Source of the DNA: a bacterium
GTDB lineage: Bacteria; Zhuqueibacterota; Zhuqueibacteria; Residuimicrobiales; Krinioviventaceae
DNA: 64,000 bases
NCBI GenBank assembly: GCA_963675755.2
Contig: CAXXMD010000002.1
Span: forward strand, 864,001-928,000
Direction: 5' to 3'
Part shown: piece after piece, positions 52,417 through 62,626 of the stretch
Position numbering within the stretch: position 1 is the stretch's first letter
Layout: every line of letters starts with the position of its first letter
Made by a program: the position numbers and the translations under genes
The notes under the pieces: model-generated
Databases searched by the model: none
What the model saw: the letters and a program-made list of their open reading frames with translations, nothing else
What the model was told of the DNA's origin: nothing

Positions 52417-53633
52417 TTATTCCGCCTGTCTTTTGGAAAAGGTGCCAGTTTTACTTTAACATTAAAATATTCTCTATCACGATAGATCTCAATATCCAGA
52501 GTATCTCCTGCTTTGAGATCCAAATTATCAATTATTGTACGTATGTCATCCGCTTGTTTTACAGCGTTTGAATTGATTGATAAAATCACATCACCAATTT
52601 GCAATCCGGCCACTTCTGCAGGACTTTCTTTTTCAATATCAGATATAATGGCGCCAACTGTTTTCTTCATTTTCAAATAACGCGCAATGGTTGGTGTAAC
52701 TGCATCGTATTGGATACCTGTCCAATAGGTTCTGTCAACATGACCAAAATTAATCAAATCATTCATGATGCGCTTTACACGATTGATGGGAATTGCAAAA
52801 CCCAGGCCTATATTAGCAGAACGGGTTTCACTTCCTGAAATGATCCACGCATTGATACCAATTACTTCACCGTTACAGTTCACCAAAGGCCCGCCGCTGT
52901 TTCCACCATTTATTGCAGCATCGGTTTGCAGCATGTCTTCAAAAACACGGTCATTTTGACGGCCAAAATCCTGATCTTTTGCACTGCTTACACCCACAGT
53001 AACAGTTGGCTTGGAAGAAATGTCAAATAAGCCAAAAGGATTTCCAAGGGCGATTGACCATTCACCAATTATTACATCATCAGAGTTACCTAGAGTAGCA
53101 AAAGGGAAATTCTTTCCTTTTATCTTTAAAATGGCAATATCTGAAACATAATCATCACCAACCAACTCTGCTTTGAGTTGTTCGCCTCCAACAAGCGTAA
53201 CTATAATCTCAGCAGCATTATCTATAACATGTTGATTGGTTAAAACATAACCTTCTGATGAAATGATAACACCAGAACCTAAACTCTGTACCTTTCTTCT
53301 CTGGTTGGAAGGTCCTGAAAAAAATGTCGAAAGAAAGGATCATTCAAAAATGGATTATTTGTATAATATCGCTGTACCTGGGTTACATTAATTCCCACAA
53401 CAGCCGGACTCACTCTTTCTACTGAACGGGTTATTGCGTTATGACGTGAACTGGAAACATTATCATAACTGTGATCACCCGAATCATAAGGAGGTGTCGA
53501 AACAGCATTAAAATTAAAATCTGAAGCCAATACATCTTTATCAGTAATAATAATAATTACTAACAAGATAACAAAAAAAATCAAACATTCAGATATTTTA
53601 TTACTTGATATATTTTTTTTTATTTTTTAACAT
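52413..53633 (-). pseudogene. htrA: HtrA/DegP serine protease with one PDZ domain, frameshifted as sequenced
   Basis: SPAVV, GSGVII, TNQHV, SDIA, QTDAAINGGNSGGPL, PDZ (SPAEVAGLQIGDVI); shifts at the T9 run 53613-53621 and near 53300. Confidence 0.88.
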
Positions 53634-53644
53634 AACTCAACATA

Positions 53645-54293
53645 CTAACGGTTTTGTACAGTTTCCCAGTCTTTTAAAAAGCTATCAATACCCTTTGTCA
53701 GTTAAAGGATGCTTGATCAATTTTTCAACGACAGAAAATGGTATAGTGGCAATATGAGCACCCAACAAAGCAGCATCCTGAACATGTAAGGTGCTGCGAA
53801 TACTGGCGACAATGATTTCGGTAGTAAAACCATAATTTTCATAAATTTGTAAAATTTGCTCAATCAAATCCATACCAACATGACCGGCATCATCCAATCT
53901 TCCAACAAATGGACATATAAAAGAAGCACCAGCTTTTGCAGCAAGTAATGCCTGCATTGGGCTAAAAATCAATGTAACTAACGTCCGGATACCTTCTTTT
54001 TCAAGAGCGTTTACGGCCATTAAACCATCTTTTGTTGCAGGAATTTTTATTACAATATTATCGTGTATTTTGGCAAGGTTCAGGCTTTCGGCAATAATTT
54101 CATCAGCATCAAGACTAACCGCTTCTGCGCAAACCGGACCATCAACGATCTCACAAATAGATTTGTAGATTTCTTCAGGAGTTCCATTTTCTTTTGCCAA
54201 TAATGTAGGATTTGTAGTAACGCCATCAATCACACCTAGCGCTGCGGCTTTTTCAATTTCTTCAATATTGGCTGTATCAATAAAAAACTTCAT
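53645..54293 (-). CDS. tal: Transaldolase / fructose-6-phosphate aldolase (MipB/TalC type); one extra base near the 3' end
   Basis: [37 protein letters not shown], then FLKDW in a shifted frame. Confidence 0.92.
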
Positions 54294-55043
54294 TTTCAGA
54301 CTCCGTATAATTTTCATATCCAATTTTAACCAAAAACAATCCTTGTGGCGGCGCCGTTTGTCCTGCAGCGCATCTGTCTTTGGGCTTTTAATATTTCCAA
54401 TAAATCATTTTTGATTTAGGGTGCCATTACCAATATTAATAAAAGTACCTACCAAAATCCTTACCATATTATGAAGAAAACGATTCGCAATAATGTCAAA
54501 ATGTATCCTGTCACCTTTTTCATGCCATAGAACCTTGTGAACATCACAATTGTAATGTTTTACATCAGAACCAGCCTGACAAAAAGATTCAAAATCATGA
54601 ATTCCCATTATAAGCGAACTTGCTTCCTGCATTTTTAAAATGTCGATATCATCCTTTAAATACCAGGCATATTGTCTGCCTATTGCCAAAGGTCTTTTTA
54701 TAATATGATAACGATAAGACCGATAATATGCACTGTATCTTGAATTAAAATCTTCATCTACTTCTGATGAATCCAGAACTTTGACATCTCTTGGCAATAA
54801 TGGATTCAAACCAACAGTAAAAACATGAACAGGTAAATTTGAATCCGTTTTAAAATTGACAACCTGGCCTAATGCATGAACACCAGCGTCTGTACGTCCT
54901 GCACTGGTAACACGGATAAATGATCTTGTCAACTTTTCCAATGCAGCTTCAAGCTCACCCTGTACCGTACGTACATCATTCTGGACTTGCCATCCGCAAA
55001 AGTCCGTACCGTCATATTCAACAATTAATTTAATATTGCGCAT
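54277..55043 (-). CDS. truA: tRNA pseudouridine(38-40) synthase; 3' end frameshifted as sequenced
   Basis: [36 protein letters not shown]; [12 protein letters not shown] continues in another frame. Confidence 0.93.
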
Positions 55044-55061
55044 ATCAGCTGTTAGTACAGT

Positions 55062-55862
55062 TTATAATGCAAAAACACAAAATGTAAAAAGAACAAAACA
55101 TGCTGACAAAGCAATATAATCAGCATATTTAAAAGATAATACCGTATAACTAGAACGTGAATCTCCACCATGGTAACATCTTGAATCCATAGCTAAGGCT
55201 AGATCATCTGCGCGTCTAAATGCAGAAATGAAAAGAGGTATTATCAACGGAACTATATTTTTTGCTCTATCTATTATACTACCCTCATATGATGCACCAC
55301 GTGACATTTGAGCGTTTTTCAAACGTTGCGTCTCTTCAATCAATGTAGGAATAAAACGCAAAGATAATGTTAGCATCATGACAATTTCATGTGAAGGCAA
55401 TCCGATTTTTTTCAAGGGTTTGAACAATTTATCCAAAGCATCCGTCAGCTCGATCGGTAAAGTGGATAGAGTCAACAATGCAGCTAAAACAATCAAGACT
55501 GCCAGTCGGATAGAGTATTGCAAGCCAAGCATTAAACCTTCAAATGTTAAAGTTAAATGCAGACTTTTAAATTCAAATAATGGCTTGCCGGGTGTCCAAA
55601 ATAAATGAACAACCATGGTTAAAATAAAAAGCCACAAAAAGGGTCTCAGGTTTTTGAAAACCAGAGAAAATGGTATTTTAGAAAAAACTGTTATTATAAC
55701 AAGTAACAATATAAAAAAAAGAATAATCCATAAATTTTTCGAAACCAGTAATGCAGTCATTAGCAATAATACCGAAAGCAATTTTGTTCTTGGGTCCAAC
55801 TGATGAACAAAAGAATCACTGGGAAAATATTGCCCCAAAGTTATATCTGAAACAAATGCCAT
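55062..55862 (-). CDS. ecfT: Energy-coupling factor transporter T component
   Basis: LGQYFP...HQLDPRTK, LRFIPTL, AQMSRG, AMDSRCY. Confidence 0.92.
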   Translation of the reverse strand: MAFVSDITLGQYFPSDSFVHQLDPRTKLLSVLLLMTALLVSKNLWIILFFILLLVIITVFSKIPFSLVFKNLRPFLWLFILTMVVHLFWTPGKPLFEFKSLHLTLTFEGLMLGLQYSIRLAVLIVLAALLTLSTLPIELTDALDKLFKPLKKIGLPSHEIVMMLTLSLRFIPTLIEETQRLKNAQMSRGASYEGSIIDRAKNIVPLIIPLFISAFRRADDLALAMDSRCYHGGDSRSSYTVLSFKYADYIALSACFVLFTFCVFAL

Positions 55863-56076
55863 AATTCTATCCTAAATTGGTAAAATATAATAAAATTTAA
55901 ACTAAAAACAAATAAAATAGTCATTGCTTATGTAATGCATTATTAAGATTTTACAACCAAAAATCATAGAATATTGATTGTTTTACTTGCTATTAAAAGA
56001 TAATTTTTCAATATTATTAAATCTTGTTATTTTGCAACATTCCCCGTCAAGAAAACATTCACTACTGGAGGATTTC

Positions 56077-58104
56077 ATGGCAAATCAGTCTGAAAAGGGT
56101 TCAGGGACAAATTTTCAACCGTACGTGCCCATTCAAACCGAAATGAAAGAGTTTACATTCAAGGCTATTTTTCTTGGAATGTTAATGGCTATTATTCTGG
56201 GTGCCGCTAATGTTTACCTTGGGTTAAAAGCTGGTATGACAGTAGCTGCTACTTTTCCGGCAGCAGTTATTGCAATGGCGATATTGCGTCCCTTTAAAGG
56301 TAACATTCTGGAAGAGAACCTGGCCCGTACTACCGGTGCAGTTGGTGAAGCACTTGCAGCGGGAGCAATTTTCACTATTCCGGCATTTGTAATGGCCGGC
56401 GTTTGGCAAGATTTTGATTATTTTAAAAGCACCATGCTTATGCTGGTAGGTGGTATTTTGGGTGTTCTCTTTATTATTATTCTTCGCCGCACACTGGTCG
56501 AAGACCAAACACTCCCCTATCCTGAAAGTAAAGCTTGTGCAGAAATTGTTAAAGCAGGACAAGGCGGTCAATCAGGTGCTAAATTTGTATTTCTGCCAAT
56601 GGGTTTAGCTGCATTGATTGAATTTTTGAAAAATGATAATGGTTTGAAAATTATCAAAGATTCTGTAACAGGCTTTTTTCAATTCCATTCATCCAAAATC
56701 TCACTTTTGGATGGAAACAGTAATATTTATGAAATTGTATCACAAACGGGTGATAAATTAAAAGCTCAATTCTCTTTTACCGGCGGTATGTTTTTACAAA
56801 GCCCTTCTGCATCCCCGGCGTTTGTTGGTGTTGGTTATATCATTGGCTTCCGTTTAGCAGCTATAACTTTTTCGGGTGGTGTTTTTGGCTGGTTATTTTT
56901 AATGCCAATTGTACTATTCCTTACCAGTGGCTCCATTGAACCTTTTGCACAATCCGTTGACTGGACTACCATGGCAAGGGCCGCATATAATTCCACAGTT
57001 AAACCCATTGCTGTAGGCGGCATGCTGGTAGGTGCTTTTTATACATTATTTAAAATGAGAAACAGTTTATTTTCAGGTATATCAAGAGGAATTCAAGATA
57101 TTAAAAAAGCTGGCAGCGGTGAATCAAAATCCGTACGTACAGATAAAGATGCTCCTTTTGGTATGACGATATTATCTATAATTATCCTCGTTGTCTGTAT
57201 GATCATTTTGTACCAAACATTCAGTCACAATTGGGGCTCTGCAATACTGGCAGCCGTTGTAATGGCTCTTGCAGGATTTATTTTTGCCGCAGTTGCAGGT
57301 TACCTGGTTGGAATTATCGGTAGTTCATCCAATCCCATTTCTGGTCTTACATTATCAACATTATTAATCGCAGCATTATTGATGGTTATGGTTGGTATGA
57401 AGGGCAACCCTGGCGTTGCTGCAGTTCTTGCAGTTTCATCCGTTGTTTGCTGTGTCGCGGGCGTTGCAGGAGACATGATGCAGGATCTCAAAGTAGGTCA
57501 CATTTTGGGTGGTACACCATGGAAAATGCAGGTTGGTGAAATGATGGGCGTTGTTGCAGCATCATTAGTTTTGGTTGTTCCTATCATGCTTTTACATCAT
57601 GCTTATGGACTGGGTAGCGAGTCTTTACCCGCGCCTCAAGCCGGTCTTATGGCAATGATGAGTAAAGGTATTGTAAGTGGCGAAATGGCATGGCCTCTGG
57701 TTATTGCCGGCATGTTATTCTCTATTGCTCTCATTCTCATTGGTTCTCCTTCTCCTATGCTCATTGCTGTTGGAATGTATTTACCATTAACAACTACATT
57801 TGCTATTTTTATTGGTGGCTTAATTAAACATGTAGTAGATGTTCTTGCTGCAAAAAAAGCTAAAACAGATGAAGATAAAAATTTAGTAGAAAATACAGGA
57901 TTGCTGCTAGCTTCGGGACTTGTTGCCGGAGAAGCATTAACCGGTATCATACTGGCAGCTCTTGTTGTAGCAGAAATCAATATTAAATCATTCTTTGGCA
58001 TTCCTGAATCATTTGATGGATTCTGGTGGATGGGTCTGGTAGTATTTGCCGTACTGGCATTCGTTCTTATAAAATATCCCATACAAAAACTGAATAAATC
58101 ATAA
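56077..58104 (+). CDS. OPT family oligopeptide transporter
   Basis: ANVYLGLKAGMT, FTIPA, LPYPESKAC, GSSSNPISG, MQDLKVG, LPAPQA, ASGLVAGEAL. GGAGG RBS before ATG 56077. Confidence 0.93.
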   Translation: MANQSEKGSGTNFQPYVPIQTEMKEFTFKAIFLGMLMAIILGAANVYLGLKAGMTVAATFPAAVIAMAILRPFKGNILEENLARTTGAVGEALAAGAIFTIPAFVMAGVWQDFDYFKSTMLMLVGGILGVLFIIILRRTLVEDQTLPYPESKACAEIVKAGQGGQSGAKFVFLPMGLAALIEFLKNDNGLKIIKDSVTGFFQFHSSKISLLDGNSNIYEIVSQTGDKLKAQFSFTGGMFLQSPSASPAFVGVGYIIGFRLAAITFSGGVFGWLFLMPIVLFLTSGSIEPFAQSVDWTTMARAAYNSTVKPIAVGGMLVGAFYTLFKMRNSLFSGISRGIQDIKKAGSGESKSVRTDKDAPFGMTILSIIILVVCMIILYQTFSHNWGSAILAAVVMALAGFIFAAVAGYLVGIIGSSSNPISGLTLSTLLIAALLMVMVGMKGNPGVAAVLAVSSVVCCVAGVAGDMMQDLKVGHILGGTPWKMQVGEMMGVVAASLVLVVPIMLLHHAYGLGSESLPAPQAGLMAMMSKGIVSGEMAWPLVIAGMLFSIALILIGSPSPMLIAVGMYLPLTTTFAIFIGGLIKHVVDVLAAKKAKTDEDKNLVENTGLLLASGLVAGEALTGIILAALVVAEINIKSFFGIPESFDGFWWMGLVVFAVLAFVLIKYPIQKLNKS

Positions 58105-58117
58105 ATCGGAATATCTA

Positions 58118-58492
58118 TTGAATTTATTAACATATACAGCTACACACAATGTTGAATGGACTGAAAATGATTCCGGGCAGGTTGTTTTAACCTGCCCCCG
58201 TATCATTAATCCATTCATGAAAAAACTATTCAAACCGTTTATAAAAAAACAGTATTACAAAGTTACGCTTGATGATTTTGGCAGCTTTGTTTGGAAACAT
58301 ATTGATGATACCAGAACCATCAAAAAAATTGCTGACCTTTTATACAAAGAATTTGGAGAATCGATCCAACCGGTGTATGAAAGATTGGGAATATTCATTA
58401 ACACGTTAGCAAAGCATAACTTTATAATACTAAACCCTGGTATTGCTGAAATGGGAAAAGATTCGCAGGATAAACATGAAAAAAATGGTTGA
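58118..58492 (+). CDS. Stand-alone PqqD-family (RRE-like) protein
   Basis: VTLDDFGSFVWKHIDDTRTIKKIADLLYKEFGESIQPVYERLGIFINTL winged-helix PqqD pattern. Confidence 0.8.
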   Translation: MNLLTYTATHNVEWTENDSGQVVLTCPRIINPFMKKLFKPFIKKQYYKVTLDDFGSFVWKHIDDTRTIKKIADLLYKEFGESIQPVYERLGIFINTLAKHNFIILNPGIAEMGKDSQDKHEKNG

Positions 58493-59423
58493 AACAGCAC
58501 AATCTCTATTAAAGAATTGTCTGGAAATAAAAAAAGATGAAAGTATTCTAATTCTATACCACACACCCTACCAGGATATTGCTGCTATTTTACACCAGGA
58601 ATGCTCTAAGAAGGTTTTTAATACTTTTAAACTTGAAATACCTGATAAATTTTATAAAGACAACTTTACAAACATTTCAAAATTTCTTGGAGAAATGGAT
58701 GCCATTATTGCTCTCACGGATCCATCTATATCCTTTTGGGATAGCAGAATCCAGGCAAACCAGAATGGGGCACGTATAATATGTTTACCCAACATTACAG
58801 ATTCTTCATTTGTAAAATTAGCTAAAACAAATTTTAAACGGATCCACTATCTTAGTAAAAAGATCAGTGATATACTTTCCATCTCCAAAGTCGTTTCTCT
58901 AACTTGTCCGAATGGTACCAATCTCACAATACCTATAACCAATCATGAGGGATTTGCTGAAACAGGACTGGTGAATGCAAAAGGAACATTCTCAAACCTA
59001 CCTGCGGGTGAAGCATGTATTGTTCCGGAAACATGTGATGGAGAGTTTGTTGTAGACAATTGTTCTGAAATGAGCAAAGATGATCCAGACAAATTGGTAA
59101 TTCATATCAAAGATGGGCGAGCAGTTCGAATTTCCGGCGGTAATTCTGCAAAACGTTTGCGCCAAAAACTGGCAAAGATGGGCCCGGAAAGCAGAAAAAT
59201 TATAGAATTTGGAATTGGTACCAATGAATCATTAAAAAATAGTGGCAATCCATTAGAAGATCAAAAGGTTCTTGGCAATATCCACATCACATTAGGGCAA
59301 TATCCATCACAAAGCTCTAAAATGAATCAGATGTTCCCAATACACCTGATTTCATACAAATCTACAGTTGAATTACGGGGTAAAAAAATTATAGACAAGG
59401 GTAAATTAATGCTGGATGTTTAA
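58476..59423 (+). CDS. M29 (aminopeptidase T-like) family protein with incomplete metal ligands
   Basis: NCLEIKKDESILI, NGTNL, NLPAGEA, EFGIGTN, EDQKVLGNIHITLG. Confidence 0.8.
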   Translation: MKKMVETAQSLLKNCLEIKKDESILILYHTPYQDIAAILHQECSKKVFNTFKLEIPDKFYKDNFTNISKFLGEMDAIIALTDPSISFWDSRIQANQNGARIICLPNITDSSFVKLAKTNFKRIHYLSKKISDILSISKVVSLTCPNGTNLTIPITNHEGFAETGLVNAKGTFSNLPAGEACIVPETCDGEFVVDNCSEMSKDDPDKLVIHIKDGRAVRISGGNSAKRLRQKLAKMGPESRKIIEFGIGTNESLKNSGNPLEDQKVLGNIHITLGQYPSQSSKMNQMFPIHLISYKSTVELRGKKIIDKGKLMLDV

Positions 59424-60067
59424 TTATTTACCAGGGTATCCAGCTTTTCATTTTTTTTATTCAAAAGACGAGACATTCTTTTACTGCTATTATAAACAGC
59501 ATACACATCCATCTTTTGTTGCTCAGTTAAATTCCCCAGCTCATTATCAAATAATTGTTTACAAAGACTTGCAATGGTAGAATTGGCCAGAGACAAGTCA
59601 TCTATCCATTCAGTTTCGTGCTCTGCAGTAGAAGGATGTGATTTTCCATTGCGAGGTGGAGACGGCATCTTGTTGGCTTCAAATTTAGACAAACGAACTA
59701 CATTATCAACAACATTTACCAATTCTCTATGACCAAAAGGTTTATTTAAAAATGCCCGCATTCCCATACGATAACATTCCATCAAATTGTCAGCTTCATC
59801 TGCTTTGGCAGTTAATACAACAATAGGAATATTTCGAATGGATTCATATTGAGGTTGAGTATGTAATTTTTGAATAAACTGTTTACCGGTAATATCTGGC
59901 AAGATAAAATCAAGTACTATAACATCTGGTTTGTGAAATTTAGCAGACTCTAACCCCTCATGACCATTACGAGCAGTATAAAAATCATAACCAGCCCGTC
60001 CAAAGATACGCTTTCCAATTAAAAGCATATCAACATTATCATCAACCAACAAAAGCTTATATTTCAT
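59420..60067 (-). CDS. Response regulator: receiver domain plus degenerate HisKA-like tail
   Basis: LLLVDD, VLDFILPD, VLTA, FLNKPF; C-terminal LGNLTEQQKMDVYAVYNSSKRMSRLLN. Confidence 0.85.
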   Translation of the reverse strand: MKYKLLLVDDNVDMLLIGKRIFGRAGYDFYTARNGHEGLESAKFHKPDVIVLDFILPDITGKQFIQKLHTQPQYESIRNIPIVVLTAKADEADNLMECYRMGMRAFLNKPFGHRELVNVVDNVVRLSKFEANKMPSPPRNGKSHPSTAEHETEWIDDLSLANSTIASLCKQLFDNELGNLTEQQKMDVYAVYNSSKRMSRLLNKKNEKLDTLVNN

Positions 60068-60108
60068 AGTGCTTGCACCTTCATTAACCCACGAACCCAT
60101 CATTCACA

Positions 60109-60137
60109 ATTATAAATATAATAAAATATTTATTCAA
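60109..60137 (-). promoter_or_regulatory. Putative internal sigma70 promoter for the response regulator
   Basis: Minus strand TTGAAT-17 nt-TATAAT. Confidence 0.55.
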
Positions 60138-60171
60138 AACAATAAAAAATTCAATTCAAAATTAAAAAAAA

Positions 60172-61626
60172 TCAAGAATCTAAGAGAGGAAAAGTTAGAA
60201 TAAAAGTAGATCCCTTCCCCACACTGCTTGTCACATTTATCTGCCCGTCATGAATTTCAACCAATTGTTTCACCAGTGACAATCCCAAACCAGATCCTCG
60301 TATGTCCCTCGTTTTCTCATTCTCTGAAACACGGTAAAACTTTTTGAATATATTTTGCAAATCATTTTCCGGAATACCAAAGCCTTCGTCACTTACCTTG
60401 AATGATACATTACCATTTTCTTGCTCCAAAGCCAATAAAACACGAGTATTATCGGGACTATATTTAATGGCATTTGAAAACAAATTGAGTATAATTTGCT
60501 CCATCATTCCATTATCTGCCCAGATAAATACAGGCGAATCTGGCTCATCAACCTGAACGGTGATTTGCTTTTGAGTTGCCAGAAAAGAATTGTTACCCAC
60601 AACAATCTGAACCGTTTCAAGCAGATCAACTTTGGATTTCTGGGGTTGAATTCTTCCGGATTCAATCCTGGAAATATCAAGAAATTTATTTATCAATTCA
60701 CCTAATCGGCTGGATTCTTTCATAATTATGGAAGCGAATTCACCAGCCTGCTCCCTATCCAAATCAGGATCTAACAACAATTCACTAAAGCCTGAAATAC
60801 TGGTTAATGGGGAACGTAGTTCATGTGCCACCATTGAAACCAGTTCTGTTTTCATCCGGTCGATCTCTTTTTGCTGGGTAATATCACGAAGTATAGTAGC
60901 AACACCAATAAGTCCTTCGGTCTGATGTAACACTCGTGCAGCATTTGCCTGTAAAATTAGAGGCTGCCAATTGCCTTTTTGTTTTATTTCGATATCTACA
61001 GAGGGCAATTCCAACTTGTCATGATGTGTTGCTTCCTGAATTAGATGCTGTAATTTAGGTTCATTAATACATTCCATCAAGGGTTTTTCAAGCGCTTCCC
61101 CTTCATCCAGACCAAACCAGCGTTCTGCGGTAGAATTCACAACAAGTATTTTATAATTGGGATCAGTAACGATAACACCATCTGCAATATGTTTGATAAT
61201 GGTTTGGGTTTTGTTACGCTCTGCAATTATCTGGGCAAGATTCATCTCATTTAATCGACGAATCTCAGTTGTCATATAATTGAATAATTTAGCTAATCTA
61301 CCCAGTTCATCATCAGATTTTAATTCAATCTTATGAGAAAACTTGCCTCTGGCAATTTCAGTTGCGCTTTTGGTAAATTCAGCAATAGGTGTTGTTATAT
61401 ATCGTGAAATATAAAACGCTACAACTCCGGAAATAGATAAAACGATAAACAATATCCCAACTATGATCGAAACGATAGATAATACCGAATATTCTGAAAA
61501 TAATAAACCATTAAAAATTGCATAAACTGCAAATAAAACAATAGGAATAATTGTGGCAATTACAATAGCGATAAATAATTTCTTAAACAGTTTGCTATTA
61601 AGCTGCTGATTAAGCCAGTTTGTCAT
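60172..61626 (-). CDS. Sensor histidine kinase (2 TM, HAMP, PAS, HisKA, HATPase)
   Basis: DELGRLAKLFN HAMP, IADGVIV PAS, VAHELRSPL, NLFSNAIKY, DEGFGI, GSGLGLS. Confidence 0.95.
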   Translation of the reverse strand: MTNWLNQQLNSKLFKKLFIAIVIATIIPIVLFAVYAIFNGLLFSEYSVLSIVSIIVGILFIVLSISGVVAFYISRYITTPIAEFTKSATEIARGKFSHKIELKSDDELGRLAKLFNYMTTEIRRLNEMNLAQIIAERNKTQTIIKHIADGVIVTDPNYKILVVNSTAERWFGLDEGEALEKPLMECINEPKLQHLIQEATHHDKLELPSVDIEIKQKGNWQPLILQANAARVLHQTEGLIGVATILRDITQQKEIDRMKTELVSMVAHELRSPLTSISGFSELLLDPDLDREQAGEFASIIMKESSRLGELINKFLDISRIESGRIQPQKSKVDLLETVQIVVGNNSFLATQKQITVQVDEPDSPVFIWADNGMMEQIILNLFSNAIKYSPDNTRVLLALEQENGNVSFKVSDEGFGIPENDLQNIFKKFYRVSENEKTRDIRGSGLGLSLVKQLVEIHDGQINVTSSVGKGSTFILTFPLLDS

Positions 61627-61634
61627 ATATCAAA

Positions 61635-62588
61635 TCATCCTTCATCAATAACTAGATTTTTTCCACGGTCTTTGGCAATATAAAGCCTTCTGTCAGCACA
61701 ATCTACAATTTCTTCAAGTGTTAATCCATCCTGTGGGAATGTTGAAACACCAACACTAATAGTTATCCGAACCAATGAGTTATCTCTATGATTTCCAAAC
61801 ATGTCATTGTCAATCAAATTTTTAATTTTAGTTGCTACGGTCATTGCCGATTCTTTGTTCGTATCAGGCAATATCAAAGCAAATTCTTCACCACCATAAC
61901 GGGCTGCAACATCATTACTTCTTACATTTTTTCGTAACAAATCGGCAATCCGTTTTAAAATATTATCTCCTGCAAGATGGCCATAGGTATCATTGTATTT
62001 TTTAAAATCATCAATATCAAACAAAATCAATGAAAAACAGGACTGGTTTCTTTTAACACGCTGAATCTCTTTTATTAAAGAGTCTTTGAAAAAGCGATAA
62101 TTATATAAATTGGTCAAACCATCCGTTGTTGCCAACTCTTGCAATGTTTCCTGCGCAACTTCGAGTTGAGTTACTTTATCCTGCAGCTGATCATGGAGCA
62201 ATTTGATTCTCAATAATGATTTCACTCTTGCCTTAACTTCATGTTTGTTAACTGGCTTTGTAATGAAATCATCAGCACCCGATTCTATACCTGTAATTTT
62301 GTCTTCTATATCATCAAGTGCTGTGACCAATATCACAGGAATATAAAAATGTTCATCTTTACTTTTAATTATTCTGCAGGTTTCAAATCCATCTAGCTCA
62401 GGCATCATTACATCAAGCAATATCAAATCGGGATTTTCTTTTTCAACAAGTTCAAGAGCCTCTTTTCCCGATTCTGCAGTAATTAACTGATATTCATTTT
62501 CCAAATACGATACAAGTACTTTAATATTGGAAGGTATGTCATCAACAACTAGTAATTTTGATTTTTTTTGTAACTCACTTGACTCCAA
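61635..62588 (-). CDS. REC-GGDEF diguanylate cyclase (PleD/WspR-like)
   Basis: LLVVDD, LLDVMMP, TDGLTNLYN, DIDDFKKYND, I-site RSND, RYGGEEF. Confidence 0.95.
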   Translation of the reverse strand: MESSELQKKSKLLVVDDIPSNIKVLVSYLENEYQLITAESGKEALELVEKENPDLILLDVMMPELDGFETCRIIKSKDEHFYIPVILVTALDDIEDKITGIESGADDFITKPVNKHEVKARVKSLLRIKLLHDQLQDKVTQLEVAQETLQELATTDGLTNLYNYRFFKDSLIKEIQRVKRNQSCFSLILFDIDDFKKYNDTYGHLAGDNILKRIADLLRKNVRSNDVAARYGGEEFALILPDTNKESAMTVATKIKNLIDNDMFGNHRDNSLVRITISVGVSTFPQDGLTLEEIVDCADRRLYIAKDRGKNLVIDEG

Positions 62589-62626
62589 TAATACATCCTT
62601 TATATATCCATCAAGACATGGACAAA

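Noticed and set aside
51115-54410. Programmed frameshifting or stop-codon recoding
   Set aside because: The shifts are numerous, go in both directions and are confined to one zone; TGA, TAA and TAG all act as normal stops elsewhere.
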